From assembly GCA_963666285.1 (NCBI GenBank), contig OY762711.1: a DNA stretch of 64,000 nt. One strand, 5' to 3'. Shown piece by piece: positions 1 to 8,979 of the stretch (position 1 is the first letter of the stretch; each line of letters starts with the position of its first letter). The DNA is from Sedimentisphaerales bacterium. GTDB lineage: Bacteria > Planctomycetota > Phycisphaerae > Sedimentisphaerales > SM23-30. The position numbers and the translations under genes are program-made. The notes under the pieces were generated by a model. The model saw only the letters and a list, made by a program, of their open reading frames with translations, was not told where the DNA came from and searched no databases.

Positions 1-1
1 T

Positions 2-1504
2 GCTGACCCTTTTGTCTATAAACACACTGATGGATACTATTATTTCTGTCAATCAGAAGGTGACAAGGGTATCGCTATCTGGAAATCAGATAAGTTAACT
101 GACAAAGGTGTCAAACGTCTGGTCTGGAAAGCTCCTGACAAAGGCTGGAACTCAAGCGAGGTCTGGGCTCCGGAAATCCATTACCTGCAAGGGAAATGGT
201 ACATCTATTACGCTGCTGACAGTGGTAATAACATCAACCATCGTACCGGAGTGCTTCAAAGCAAAACCCAGGACGCGCAAGGTGAATATATAGATATGGG
301 CATGGTCTATACCGGAGATGAAATTAAAACAAAAACAAACAATCGCTGGGCTATCGATGCTACCCCTCTGGAAATGAATAACAAGCTTTATCTTATATGG
401 TCTGGCTGGAATGGATATGATGATGACATTCAATCCCTTTTTATTGCTGAAATGAGCAACCAGTGGACTGTAATTACTAATCGTGTTAAAATAGCTCCTA
501 ACAATACATACCCATGGGAACGTGTTTCAAATAATCCAAATGGCAAGGGGCTTAATGAAGGTGCCCAGATACTTCGTTACGGCAAAAAAGTTTATGTTAT
601 ATATTCTTGCAGTGGTTCCTGGGAAAAAACATACAAACTCGGTCAGCTTTCGATCGAGCTGGGTAAAGACCCAATGGACCCTAAAAACTGGGTAAAAAAG
701 AGCACTCCCGCCTGCCAGGGAACAGACAAGGTGCTTGGCGTTGGACACTGCTCATTCACTAAATCCCCTGACAATACCGAAGACTGGATGGTTTATCATT
801 CAAAAATTGCCGAACAGCACGGGTGGCAGCGTAATGTTCGTATCGAAAAGTTTTCCTGGAACTCCGACGGTTCGCCCAATTTCCCTTCGCCAACCGAAGC
901 TGGTACAATCCTGCAAAAACCTTCTGGTGAAGAACCTCCTGTATGTGGCTTACTTTATTCAGACTCTTTCGACAATAATCTTTGGGATAATTGGGTATAT
1001 TATGGCTATAATCGCTTTATAGCTGTCCGGGACAAGAGACTGGTTATAGGCGTTAATCCGGGTTGGGGAATCGCTAACAACTATCGCTGCGGCGAAAAAG
1101 CCGTTATCCGTGACATGATCTGGGACAATTTCACCTTCGAGGCTAATGTCAAAATTGTCAAAGGCAACCGTGATGCCGGACTTATATTCAGAACCAATCA
1201 TCCTGCCGTTGGCTATGACGCAATGAAAGGCTATTTCGCCGGCATAATACCATCTACCAACCTGGCTATTATCGGTAAAATGGATGGTCGCAGCTGGCAT
1301 GAAATTAAACGCTCAAATTTTTCAGCGATAGCCGGACAGTCATATGATCTGAAAATCGTCGCAAAAGGTCCGCTAATTCAATTCTACGTAGATGGCAAAA
1401 AACTGATTGAAGTTAGCGATGACCAATACCCGACCGGTCTTGCCGGAGTCAGAGTAATAGACTCAGAAGCAGAGTTTGATAATATCATAATTCATAAAAA
1501 TTAA
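2..1504 (+). CDS. GH43 glycoside hydrolase (arabinofuranosidase/arabinanase-like) with C-terminal ConA/DUF1080-like domain; 5'-truncated by the window edge
   Basis: Frame is open from base 2: ADPFVYKH...EVWAPEIHYLQGKWYIYYAA, then IDAT, LNEGAQ and GVGHCSF GH43 motifs. Confidence 0.85.
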   Translation, partial: ADPFVYKHTDGYYYFCQSEGDKGIAIWKSDKLTDKGVKRLVWKAPDKGWNSSEVWAPEIHYLQGKWYIYYAADSGNNINHRTGVLQSKTQDAQGEYIDMGMVYTGDEIKTKTNNRWAIDATPLEMNNKLYLIWSGWNGYDDDIQSLFIAEMSNQWTVITNRVKIAPNNTYPWERVSNNPNGKGLNEGAQILRYGKKVYVIYSCSGSWEKTYKLGQLSIELGKDPMDPKNWVKKSTPACQGTDKVLGVGHCSFTKSPDNTEDWMVYHSKIAEQHGWQRNVRIEKFSWNSDGSPNFPSPTEAGTILQKPSGEEPPVCGLLYSDSFDNNLWDNWVYYGYNRFIAVRDKRLVIGVNPGWGIANNYRCGEKAVIRDMIWDNFTFEANVKIVKGNRDAGLIFRTNHPAVGYDAMKGYFAGIIPSTNLAIIGKMDGRSWHEIKRSNFSAIAGQSYDLKIVAKGPLIQFYVDGKKLIEVSDDQYPTGLAGVRVIDSEAEFDNIIIHKN

Positions 1505-1604
1505 ATTGTCTCTGAAAATTGCTTTTGCTGCGAAAGATGATTCTTTCACTCAAAATGTTTTTAGAGGTTCCATTACGAGTTTTCTAATTACGGAATAGGA
1601 TATA

Positions 1605-3887
1605 ATGATAAACCATATAAATAAAATCATTCTTATTGCAGCCATATTTGCCTGCAATCCAGCTGTGGCCGATATAGTTGATTATCCTCAACTTGTAAAA
1701 ATCGATAGCACCGATTCAGAAGAAGTTATTATTGGCAAAGCTGCCAATGTTCGCCCTTCCGAAAGGCAGATGGGCCACCACCAGGATGAATTTATCGCCT
1801 TTATCCATTTCGGGCCTAACTCCTTTACCGGAGTTGAATGGGGTAATGGCAAAGAAGACCCCAAGGTTTTCAACCCGCCTGTTGTCGATACCGACCAATG
1901 GTGCAGATTGATTAAAGCTGCCGGCATGACCAAAGTTGTCATTACGGTCAAACACCATGACGGATACTGTACCTGGCAAACTCGCTATAACAAAGCCTTT
2001 TCCATCCACCAGTCTCCCTGGAAAAATGGGAAAGGTGATGTCCTTCGAATGCTGTCTGATTCTGCCAAAAAATATGGACTCAAACTTGGCATCTACATGA
2101 GTCCTGCTGACCTCTACCAGATAGAAAACCAAAACGGCCTTTACGGCAACCTAAGCAAATACCAGGAAAGTATCATTCCTACCGCCGTGGATACATTTAG
2201 AACGAACCCTCTGAAACAGCGAGAAGCACCGGAGCATTTCCCAACATTTAAGGTCAATGCCGATGACTACAATCGCTACTTTATGAACCAGCTGTATGAA
2301 GTTCTCACTGAATACGGGCCTATTCACGAGGTATGGTTTGACGGAGCCCACCCGAAGCGCAAAGGCGGCCAGACATATATACGTGACGAATGGTTCGCTA
2401 TGGTTCGAAAACTAGCCCCGGAAGCTGTTATTTTTGGCGGACCAGATGTTCGCTGGTGCGGCAACGAGCATGGCGGTACCCGGAAAAGTGAATGGAATGT
2501 TCTTCCCATTGATAATGTTAAAGTCTCAGGCTATGACCGTCCAGAAGACGAAATCGCCACTGACCGAATGGTAACAGCTAAAGAATATTCAGTTTACGGT
2601 GAAACTTTCAAAAACAACTATCTTTACTACCTGATACCGGAAGTTGATACATCAATTCGCCATGGCTGGTTCTGGCGGAATGACACTGAGCAATATGTAA
2701 AAAATCCGGATAAAATCTTCGATATTTACGAACGATCTGTCGGAGGGAATTGTGTATTTCTACTCAATATACCTCCTAATCGATATGGAAAATTCTCAGA
2801 TAAGGACGAAAAGTGCCTTATTGCAGTTGGCAAACGAATCAGGTCAACATACTATAAGAACCTGAGCGAAGGTGCTATTGCCAATATCAGTAATTTACTT
2901 GATAATAATATTGAAACATACTGGCAGGCTGCAAATAATTCCTGTTCATTCACTATTACGCTGCCAGAAGCCCAAAAGATAAACAGGATCGTACTCCAGG
3001 AGGCAATTTCCAAAGTAGGCCAGCGGGTTAAAGAGCATGCCCTGGATGCCTGGATTGATGGAAACTGGAAACAGATTGCTGCCGGCACAACAATCGGGTA
3101 TAAAAAGATTTTGCGTTTCGATGCTGTTACTACTGATAAGTTCCGCGTAAGAATACTGGATTCACGTAAAGCGCCGGCTATTGCCTCTTTCTCTGCTCAT
3201 TACTATCAAAGCCCACCGCTACCGGTAACACTGACAAGAACAATAGATGGAACCGTTTCTCTTGCCGCTATGAAACCTGACGGCAAACCTGCTGCTAATA
3301 TATCGATATATTATTCACTCGACGGCAGTATACCGGAAAACAATTCCAAGCTTTACGACAAACCATTTAAACTCCCTAAAGGTGGTAATGTAAAAGCCAG
3401 AACATACGCAAATGAAACTTATGGGCCGGTCAATTCCAATTACATTGGAATCGCTAAAACAAACTGGAAAGTCACAGCCAGCAGCAGCCACAACGACAAG
3501 TGGAATGCGATTAAGGCAATTGACGGAAAACCGGAATCATTCTGGCATTCATCATGGACAAAACCAGCACCAGACCACCCGCATTTCTTCACTATAGACT
3601 TCGGCAAAACTGAAGATGTCGGCGGATTTGCCTACTTGCCGCGACAGGATAGACGTATTCCTGACGGCATGATAGAAACCGGCTGCATTGAAATTAGCGA
3701 TGATGGCATAAGCTGGCTCAATATATGTGATTTCACCTTTGGAAATCTTGTTAATAGCCCGGACCAGCGTATCAAATTCTTTGACAAAAACTATAAAGCG
3801 AGATACTTCAGACTGAAATCTACTTCCGGTGCCGATAATAAACCCTACGCTGCCATTGCCGAACTCGAGATCTTTGCGGCTAAGTAA
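1605..3887 (+). CDS. GH29 alpha-L-fucosidase with F5/8 type C and FN3-associated domains, signal peptide
   Basis: FIHFGPN, TVKHHDGYCTW, EVWFDGA, SIRHGWFW, LLNIPPN motifs; YYSLDGSIP; C-terminal discoidin domain. Confidence 0.9.
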   Translation: MINHINKIILIAAIFACNPAVADIVDYPQLVKIDSTDSEEVIIGKAANVRPSERQMGHHQDEFIAFIHFGPNSFTGVEWGNGKEDPKVFNPPVVDTDQWCRLIKAAGMTKVVITVKHHDGYCTWQTRYNKAFSIHQSPWKNGKGDVLRMLSDSAKKYGLKLGIYMSPADLYQIENQNGLYGNLSKYQESIIPTAVDTFRTNPLKQREAPEHFPTFKVNADDYNRYFMNQLYEVLTEYGPIHEVWFDGAHPKRKGGQTYIRDEWFAMVRKLAPEAVIFGGPDVRWCGNEHGGTRKSEWNVLPIDNVKVSGYDRPEDEIATDRMVTAKEYSVYGETFKNNYLYYLIPEVDTSIRHGWFWRNDTEQYVKNPDKIFDIYERSVGGNCVFLLNIPPNRYGKFSDKDEKCLIAVGKRIRSTYYKNLSEGAIANISNLLDNNIETYWQAANNSCSFTITLPEAQKINRIVLQEAISKVGQRVKEHALDAWIDGNWKQIAAGTTIGYKKILRFDAVTTDKFRVRILDSRKAPAIASFSAHYYQSPPLPVTLTRTIDGTVSLAAMKPDGKPAANISIYYSLDGSIPENNSKLYDKPFKLPKGGNVKARTYANETYGPVNSNYIGIAKTNWKVTASSSHNDKWNAIKAIDGKPESFWHSSWTKPAPDHPHFFTIDFGKTEDVGGFAYLPRQDRRIPDGMIETGCIEISDDGISWLNICDFTFGNLVNSPDQRIKFFDKNYKARYFRLKSTSGADNKPYAAIAELEIFAAK

Positions 3888-4248
3888 AGTTTAATTCTCA
3901 ACTTATATACTTTGTAGTTTGTATAATAATTTTATGATGCCCAAGGCCCTGCAGCATTCTTTGCCTGGGTACCTGGCACCTCTCAAACTCAAAATCATCG
4001 CCGCAAACAAATAACAGCATATAAGCTATTATTACCTATAACGTTAAGAACAAAAACGTCATTTTCAAAATAAACAATTTTGTGCATTTTCAAAATATAC
4101 TTCATAAAGTCATTATATTTACCGAAAATGGCTTTGGGTGACAATTACCAGTTTGTATTTGGGGATATTTCAAAAAATAATACAACATAAATTCTTAATA
4201 TATTTAAATTTAGATATTTATGCTATAATGGGTGATTCAAAATACAAA

Positions 4249-6474
4249 ATGATACAGGATATCATAAGACCAAACAGAAATTGGGTATATTTCTTTTTAG
4301 CTTTAGCATTGTTCTGGACTTTGGCTATCGCAATATCACTTGTCAGAGATATAAATCAGCAAAATATAAATGCTTACGAAGCTGCAAAAATACAGGCAAT
4401 TGAGGCATTAAATAAAGACCTGGTATATCGCAGATGGGTTGCCGGCCACGGTGGCGTCTATGTACCAGAATCTGACAATACTCCTCCTAATCCATTTTTG
4501 TCAAAAATTAACGAAAGAGATATTACCACACCTTCCGGAAAGAAATTGACTCTTGTCAACCCTGCTTACATGACTCGACAGGTTTATGAATTGGCACAAG
4601 AACAGTATGGCGTACGCGGCCATATCACAAGCCTGACACCGTTAAGACCGGAAAATAAACCTGATGAATGGGAAATGAAGGCCCTAAAGGAATTTGAAAA
4701 AGGTGCAAAAGAAGTAAGCTCCATTGGCATAATAAATGATGAGCCGTATCTGAGAATAATGATCCCGCTTATTACCGAAGAAAAATGCCTCAAATGCCAT
4801 CTTGAACAAGGATATAAAGTCGGTGACCTGAGAGGTGGAATTAGCACTTCTTCTCCTGTTAAACCTCATATGAACACCGCCAAAGCTTTCAACCAGTCTC
4901 TCTTAGTTGACCATATGTTGATCTTATTCGCAGGATTACTGGGAATTGCAACAAGCGGATTTTTCATTATAAAACGTAACTATTCCCAATCATTAATTAT
5001 GGAAGAAGTTAGACAATACGCTTGTATAGTCGCAAGTTCAAGTGACATAATGGCATTATTAGATAAACAATATAATTACCTGGCTGTAAATGAAGCATTT
5101 CTAAAAACTTTCAGAATGTCAAAAGCACAAGTCATAGGACATTCTGCAGCTGACATTTTAGGACAAGATTACTTTAACAATATTGTTAAACCTAATGCAG
5201 ACACATGCCTTAAAGGCGAAGAGGTCCACTACGAAAGTTGGTTCGATTTTCCAGAAAATAGTCGTAAATACCTCACTGTTACATATTCTCCTTATATGGA
5301 TTCCAGTAATACAATTCTGGGATTCACTGTTAATGCAAAAGACACTACAAAACAAAAACAAGCTGAAGATGTCATCAAAAGTTATAATATTAAACTGGAA
5401 AAGCAGGTCAAAGAAAGAACTGAAAAACTTGAGAAAGAAATAAAAGAGCGGATAAATGCTGAACACGAACTCAAAAATGCAACTTCACGACTGATTCAAA
5501 CTGAAAAATTATCTACGATCGGACAATTAGCTGCCAGCATGGCCCATGAAATCAACAACCCGCTTGGAGCTATTTATTCTTCAAGTAATGTCATCGAAAA
5601 TCAGTTTAATGAACTGATTCATAATATAGAAACTGAATTCAACATATATAAAAATAATAAAGATCTCATAAATACCATTATCTACAGACTTCCGGAAAAT
5701 AAACCTTACCTATCTTACAAACAAACCAGACAGATAAAAAAAGATATTGAAGATAATCTAAAACAAATTGGTATCTCAAATGCAAAAAATGCTTCGGCTT
5801 TCCTGGTAAGAGTTGGAATTACAAAAGAATATGAACCTATTATTCCAGTGTTTCAGAGCCAATGCTGTGATAATATCATGGAGTTTATCCTTCGTATTTC
5901 TGATATAATCGATAGCAAAAATATTATTAATACTGCTATTCAGCAATCCTCCAAAGTAATACAGGCGTTGAAAGATTATTCCCGGTCAAACGAAAATCAA
6001 AAGGCGGTTGAAGCTAATATCAAAGAAACGATCGAAACTGCCCTTATTTTATATGGCAATAAAATTAAACATGGCATTACACTTGTAACAAACTTTGACG
6101 AAGTACCAAACATTACAGGATATCCTCATGAACTTAGCCAGGTTTGGACTAATATAATACATAATGCTATTCAAGCTATGGACAACTGTGGAATACTCAC
6201 CATAGACCTAAAGCATCAAAACGACAATATAGAGGTCTCTATAACAGATACCGGAAAAGGGATCCCTGATGCTATAAAACACAAAATATTTGATCCGCTT
6301 TTCACGACAAAAAAACAAGGTGAAGGTACAGGTCTTGGCCTGGATATTGCAAAAAAAATTATCGAAAGACACAACGGTTCAATTCATCTTATAAGCGAAG
6401 AGAACCACGGATCAACCTTTACTGTCAAATTACCAGTTATGCAAACATCTCAGGTTCACTTGGAAACGGCTTAG
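4249..6474 (+). CDS. Membrane sensor histidine kinase (DUF3365-like periplasmic domain with CxxCH, PAS, HisKA, HATPase)
   Basis: TM segments, CLKCH, PAS-like region, AHEINNPL H-box, NAIQAM, DTGKGI, FTTK, GTGLGL; start codon uncertain (4228 or 4249). Confidence 0.9.
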   Translation: MIQDIIRPNRNWVYFFLALALFWTLAIAISLVRDINQQNINAYEAAKIQAIEALNKDLVYRRWVAGHGGVYVPESDNTPPNPFLSKINERDITTPSGKKLTLVNPAYMTRQVYELAQEQYGVRGHITSLTPLRPENKPDEWEMKALKEFEKGAKEVSSIGIINDEPYLRIMIPLITEEKCLKCHLEQGYKVGDLRGGISTSSPVKPHMNTAKAFNQSLLVDHMLILFAGLLGIATSGFFIIKRNYSQSLIMEEVRQYACIVASSSDIMALLDKQYNYLAVNEAFLKTFRMSKAQVIGHSAADILGQDYFNNIVKPNADTCLKGEEVHYESWFDFPENSRKYLTVTYSPYMDSSNTILGFTVNAKDTTKQKQAEDVIKSYNIKLEKQVKERTEKLEKEIKERINAEHELKNATSRLIQTEKLSTIGQLAASMAHEINNPLGAIYSSSNVIENQFNELIHNIETEFNIYKNNKDLINTIIYRLPENKPYLSYKQTRQIKKDIEDNLKQIGISNAKNASAFLVRVGITKEYEPIIPVFQSQCCDNIMEFILRISDIIDSKNIINTAIQQSSKVIQALKDYSRSNENQKAVEANIKETIETALILYGNKIKHGITLVTNFDEVPNITGYPHELSQVWTNIIHNAIQAMDNCGILTIDLKHQNDNIEVSITDTGKGIPDAIKHKIFDPLFTTKKQGEGTGLGLDIAKKIIERHNGSIHLISEENHGSTFTVKLPVMQTSQVHLETA

Positions 6475-6475
6475 C

Positions 6476-7171
6476 TTACTGAATATCAGATAGAATATAA
6501 GAATTATTTGCATTATATATTATTTTAGACGGACAACCTTCAATAGACATCGTCTCAGTTTCAATATTTCTCAATGCATCAGCTTTGCCCTGACCGGTCA
6601 CCAGCAAAATCGAGCTTGCTGCTTCTTCCAGCATCTTCCTCGAAGCAGATATCCTTCCGGCCGGCGGCTTGGGGGAATTATCAACAGCTATATATCCTGT
6701 ACTAAAATCTGATACCGATGGATGATTAGGAAATAAACTAGCAATATGACCATCAGGCCCGGCACTCAACAGCGAAAGTGCTATTTTACCACCTAGCTCA
6801 ATAAATTCCCTGTTATATTTAGCCAGCCCCTCTTCAACTGCCAGATCAGTTCTAAATGGATGTAAATTTGCTTCATTTAGCTTACCGTTTTCCTGCAAAC
6901 GCTTAAACAAAGTATCCATAGCCAGCTTGTAATTACTATCAGGGTTATCAATTGGCACTAACCGTTCATCAGCCATAAAGAAATGCACCCTCTCCCATTC
7001 CAGCTCCAGATTGGCCATTTGTGTAAATATACCCGCAACACTCGAACCACCGCATATAGCCATTATCGCATTATCATTTAATCTCAGATATTCATTTAAT
7101 GCGTTTTCGATCAAAACAACCGCATTTTTATGGAGATTTTCTACATTACAGAACCGGATTATTTCAGCCAT
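6476..7171 (-). CDS. pgl: 6-phosphogluconolactonase
   Basis: GGSS, FMADERLVP...DSNY, GPDGHIASLFP, SPKPPAGRIS motifs. Confidence 0.85.
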   Translation of the reverse strand: MAEIIRFCNVENLHKNAVVLIENALNEYLRLNDNAIMAICGGSSVAGIFTQMANLELEWERVHFFMADERLVPIDNPDSNYKLAMDTLFKRLQENGKLNEANLHPFRTDLAVEEGLAKYNREFIELGGKIALSLLSAGPDGHIASLFPNHPSVSDFSTGYIAVDNSPKPPAGRISASRKMLEEAASSILLVTGQGKADALRNIETETMSIEGCPSKIIYNANNSYILSDIQ

Positions 7172-7223
7172 AACAGATACCCTCAAATTCAAACTGTAAT
7201 GGTCACAGAATATAAAGAAAAAA

Positions 7224-7309
7224 TGCCGAAGGTGGGAATCGAACCCACACTCCTAATAAAAGGAACGGGATTTTGAATCCCGCGCGTCTGCCAGTTCCGC
7301 CACTTCGGC
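7224..7309 (-). tRNA. tRNA-Leu(CAA)
   Basis: Reverse complement GCCGAAGTGGCGGAACTGGCAGACGCG CGGGA TTCAAAA TCCCG, long variable arm, GGTTCGATTCCC...TTCGGCA; CCA not encoded. Confidence 0.95.
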
Positions 7310-7590
7310 AAATAATTATAAAATAAAGACTTACATTAATTAAGTCTTCTTTATTAAATTGTAAATCAAGTCAATGAGCTGATAAAGACTCCTGTTTTAG
7401 CTCAAGAACTTGACAGAAAAGAAAAGTATATATATTTTCTGCGCCCAGTCAATAAAATATTTTAACTATGTTAATTTATGCGTATTTCGAAAAATTACAC
7501 TGCTTGATTATAAACTCTATTATTGATAGAATCCGGCATAAGAATTTTAATAAAGAAATACTATTACTCCAGACATAAGTGAGGTAATCA

Positions 7591-8892
7591 ATGAGTGAAA
7601 ATAAATACAAACCTGAAACAATCGCAATTCACGGCGGATATAAACCTGATGGCCAAACTGCCAGGGCTTGTACAGTACCAATAGTACAGTCTGCAAGCTT
7701 TGTTTTTCGTGACACCGAACACGCTGCAAATCTGTTTGACCTGAAGGAATTCGGAGATATATACTCCAGGCTTACCAACCCCACAGTAGCAGCATGGGAA
7801 GCTCGCATGGCCGAACTGGAAGGTGGAACTGCAGGCGTTGGAACTTCCAGCGGCATGGCGGCGATATTCCTCACTATACATACTATCGCTGGCGTTGGCG
7901 ACCATATAATTGCCTCTGCCTCACTTTACGGCGGAACCGATACTCTTTTCAGATATACCCTGCCGCAAGTAGGTATCGAATGCGATTTTGTTCCAAATGC
8001 TGATCCGGAAAAGATTAAATCTGCGGTTAAGCCAAATACAAAAGCAATTTACATCGAAACTATCGGCAACCCGGCTTGTGAAGTCCCGGACTTTGAAACT
8101 ATCGCCAAAATAGCACACGATGCTGGCGTCCCATTAATTGTCGATAATACCTTTGCACCTATTATCTGCCGACCATTCGATTATGGGGCAGATATCGTTA
8201 TACATTCCTGCACCAAATGGGTTGGCGGCCATGGCACTACCATTGGTGGCGTTACTATTGATGGCGGAACCTTCGATTGGTCTGCCAGCGGTAAATATCC
8301 TATGTTTACCGAGCCGGATAAAAGCTACCATGGTGTAAAATACTGGGATGTTTTCGGCAACCTTAACGGGGCAAACATTGCCTTTGCTATTCGTGCCAGA
8401 ACCCAGGGACTGCGAAACTGGGGACCTTGCGCCTCACCGTTCTCGGCGTTCCAGTTCATGGTCGGCCTGGACTCTCTCGGAGTAAGAATCCAGCGGCACT
8501 GTGAAAATGCTGCAGCTTTGGTAGCTTATCTACAGAAAAGCGATAAGGTTGAATGGGTTCAATATGCCGGCCTGGAAAGTAACCCCAGCTATGCAAACGC
8601 CAAAAAGTATCTCAAAGGAGGCTTCGGCAGCGTTATTAGCTTCGGCATCAAAGGCGGACGCGACGCTGGTGAAAAATTTATCAACTCCGTCGAGCTGGCA
8701 TACCACCTGGCAAATGTAGGCGACTCAAAGACACTTGTCATCCATCCTGCCAGCACCACCCATCGCCAGATGAACGATGCGGAATTGGAAACCTGTGGTA
8801 TAAAACCAGGCAGTATAAGGGTATCTGTTGGCATCGAACATATCGATGATATCATTGCCGATATTGACCAGGCCATCAACAAAGCGATATAA
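7591..8892 (+). CDS. metY: O-acetylhomoserine/O-acetylserine sulfhydrylase
   Basis: YSRLTNPT, SSGMAA, VDNTFA, HSCTKWVGGHG (PLP Lys), HLANVGDSKTLVIHPASTTH. Confidence 0.9.
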   Translation: MSENKYKPETIAIHGGYKPDGQTARACTVPIVQSASFVFRDTEHAANLFDLKEFGDIYSRLTNPTVAAWEARMAELEGGTAGVGTSSGMAAIFLTIHTIAGVGDHIIASASLYGGTDTLFRYTLPQVGIECDFVPNADPEKIKSAVKPNTKAIYIETIGNPACEVPDFETIAKIAHDAGVPLIVDNTFAPIICRPFDYGADIVIHSCTKWVGGHGTTIGGVTIDGGTFDWSASGKYPMFTEPDKSYHGVKYWDVFGNLNGANIAFAIRARTQGLRNWGPCASPFSAFQFMVGLDSLGVRIQRHCENAAALVAYLQKSDKVEWVQYAGLESNPSYANAKKYLKGGFGSVISFGIKGGRDAGEKFINSVELAYHLANVGDSKTLVIHPASTTHRQMNDAELETCGIKPGSIRVSVGIEHIDDIIADIDQAINKAI

Positions 8893-8914
8893 AAACTATC
8901 CCGCTATAAATCAC

Positions 8915-8952
8915 AAAAGCAGCCCTACACCATATGCGTAGAGCTGCTTTTT
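8915..8952. terminator. Bidirectional intrinsic terminator between convergent genes
   Basis: AAAAGCAGC...GCTGCTTTT inverted repeat. Confidence 0.7.
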
Positions 8953-8979
8953 CTTTTCTAGAACACACGAATAATCAGA

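Noticed and set aside
7224..7350. tRNA-Leu as an integration site
   Set aside because: No integrase nearby and I saw no duplicate of the tRNA 3' end in the window.
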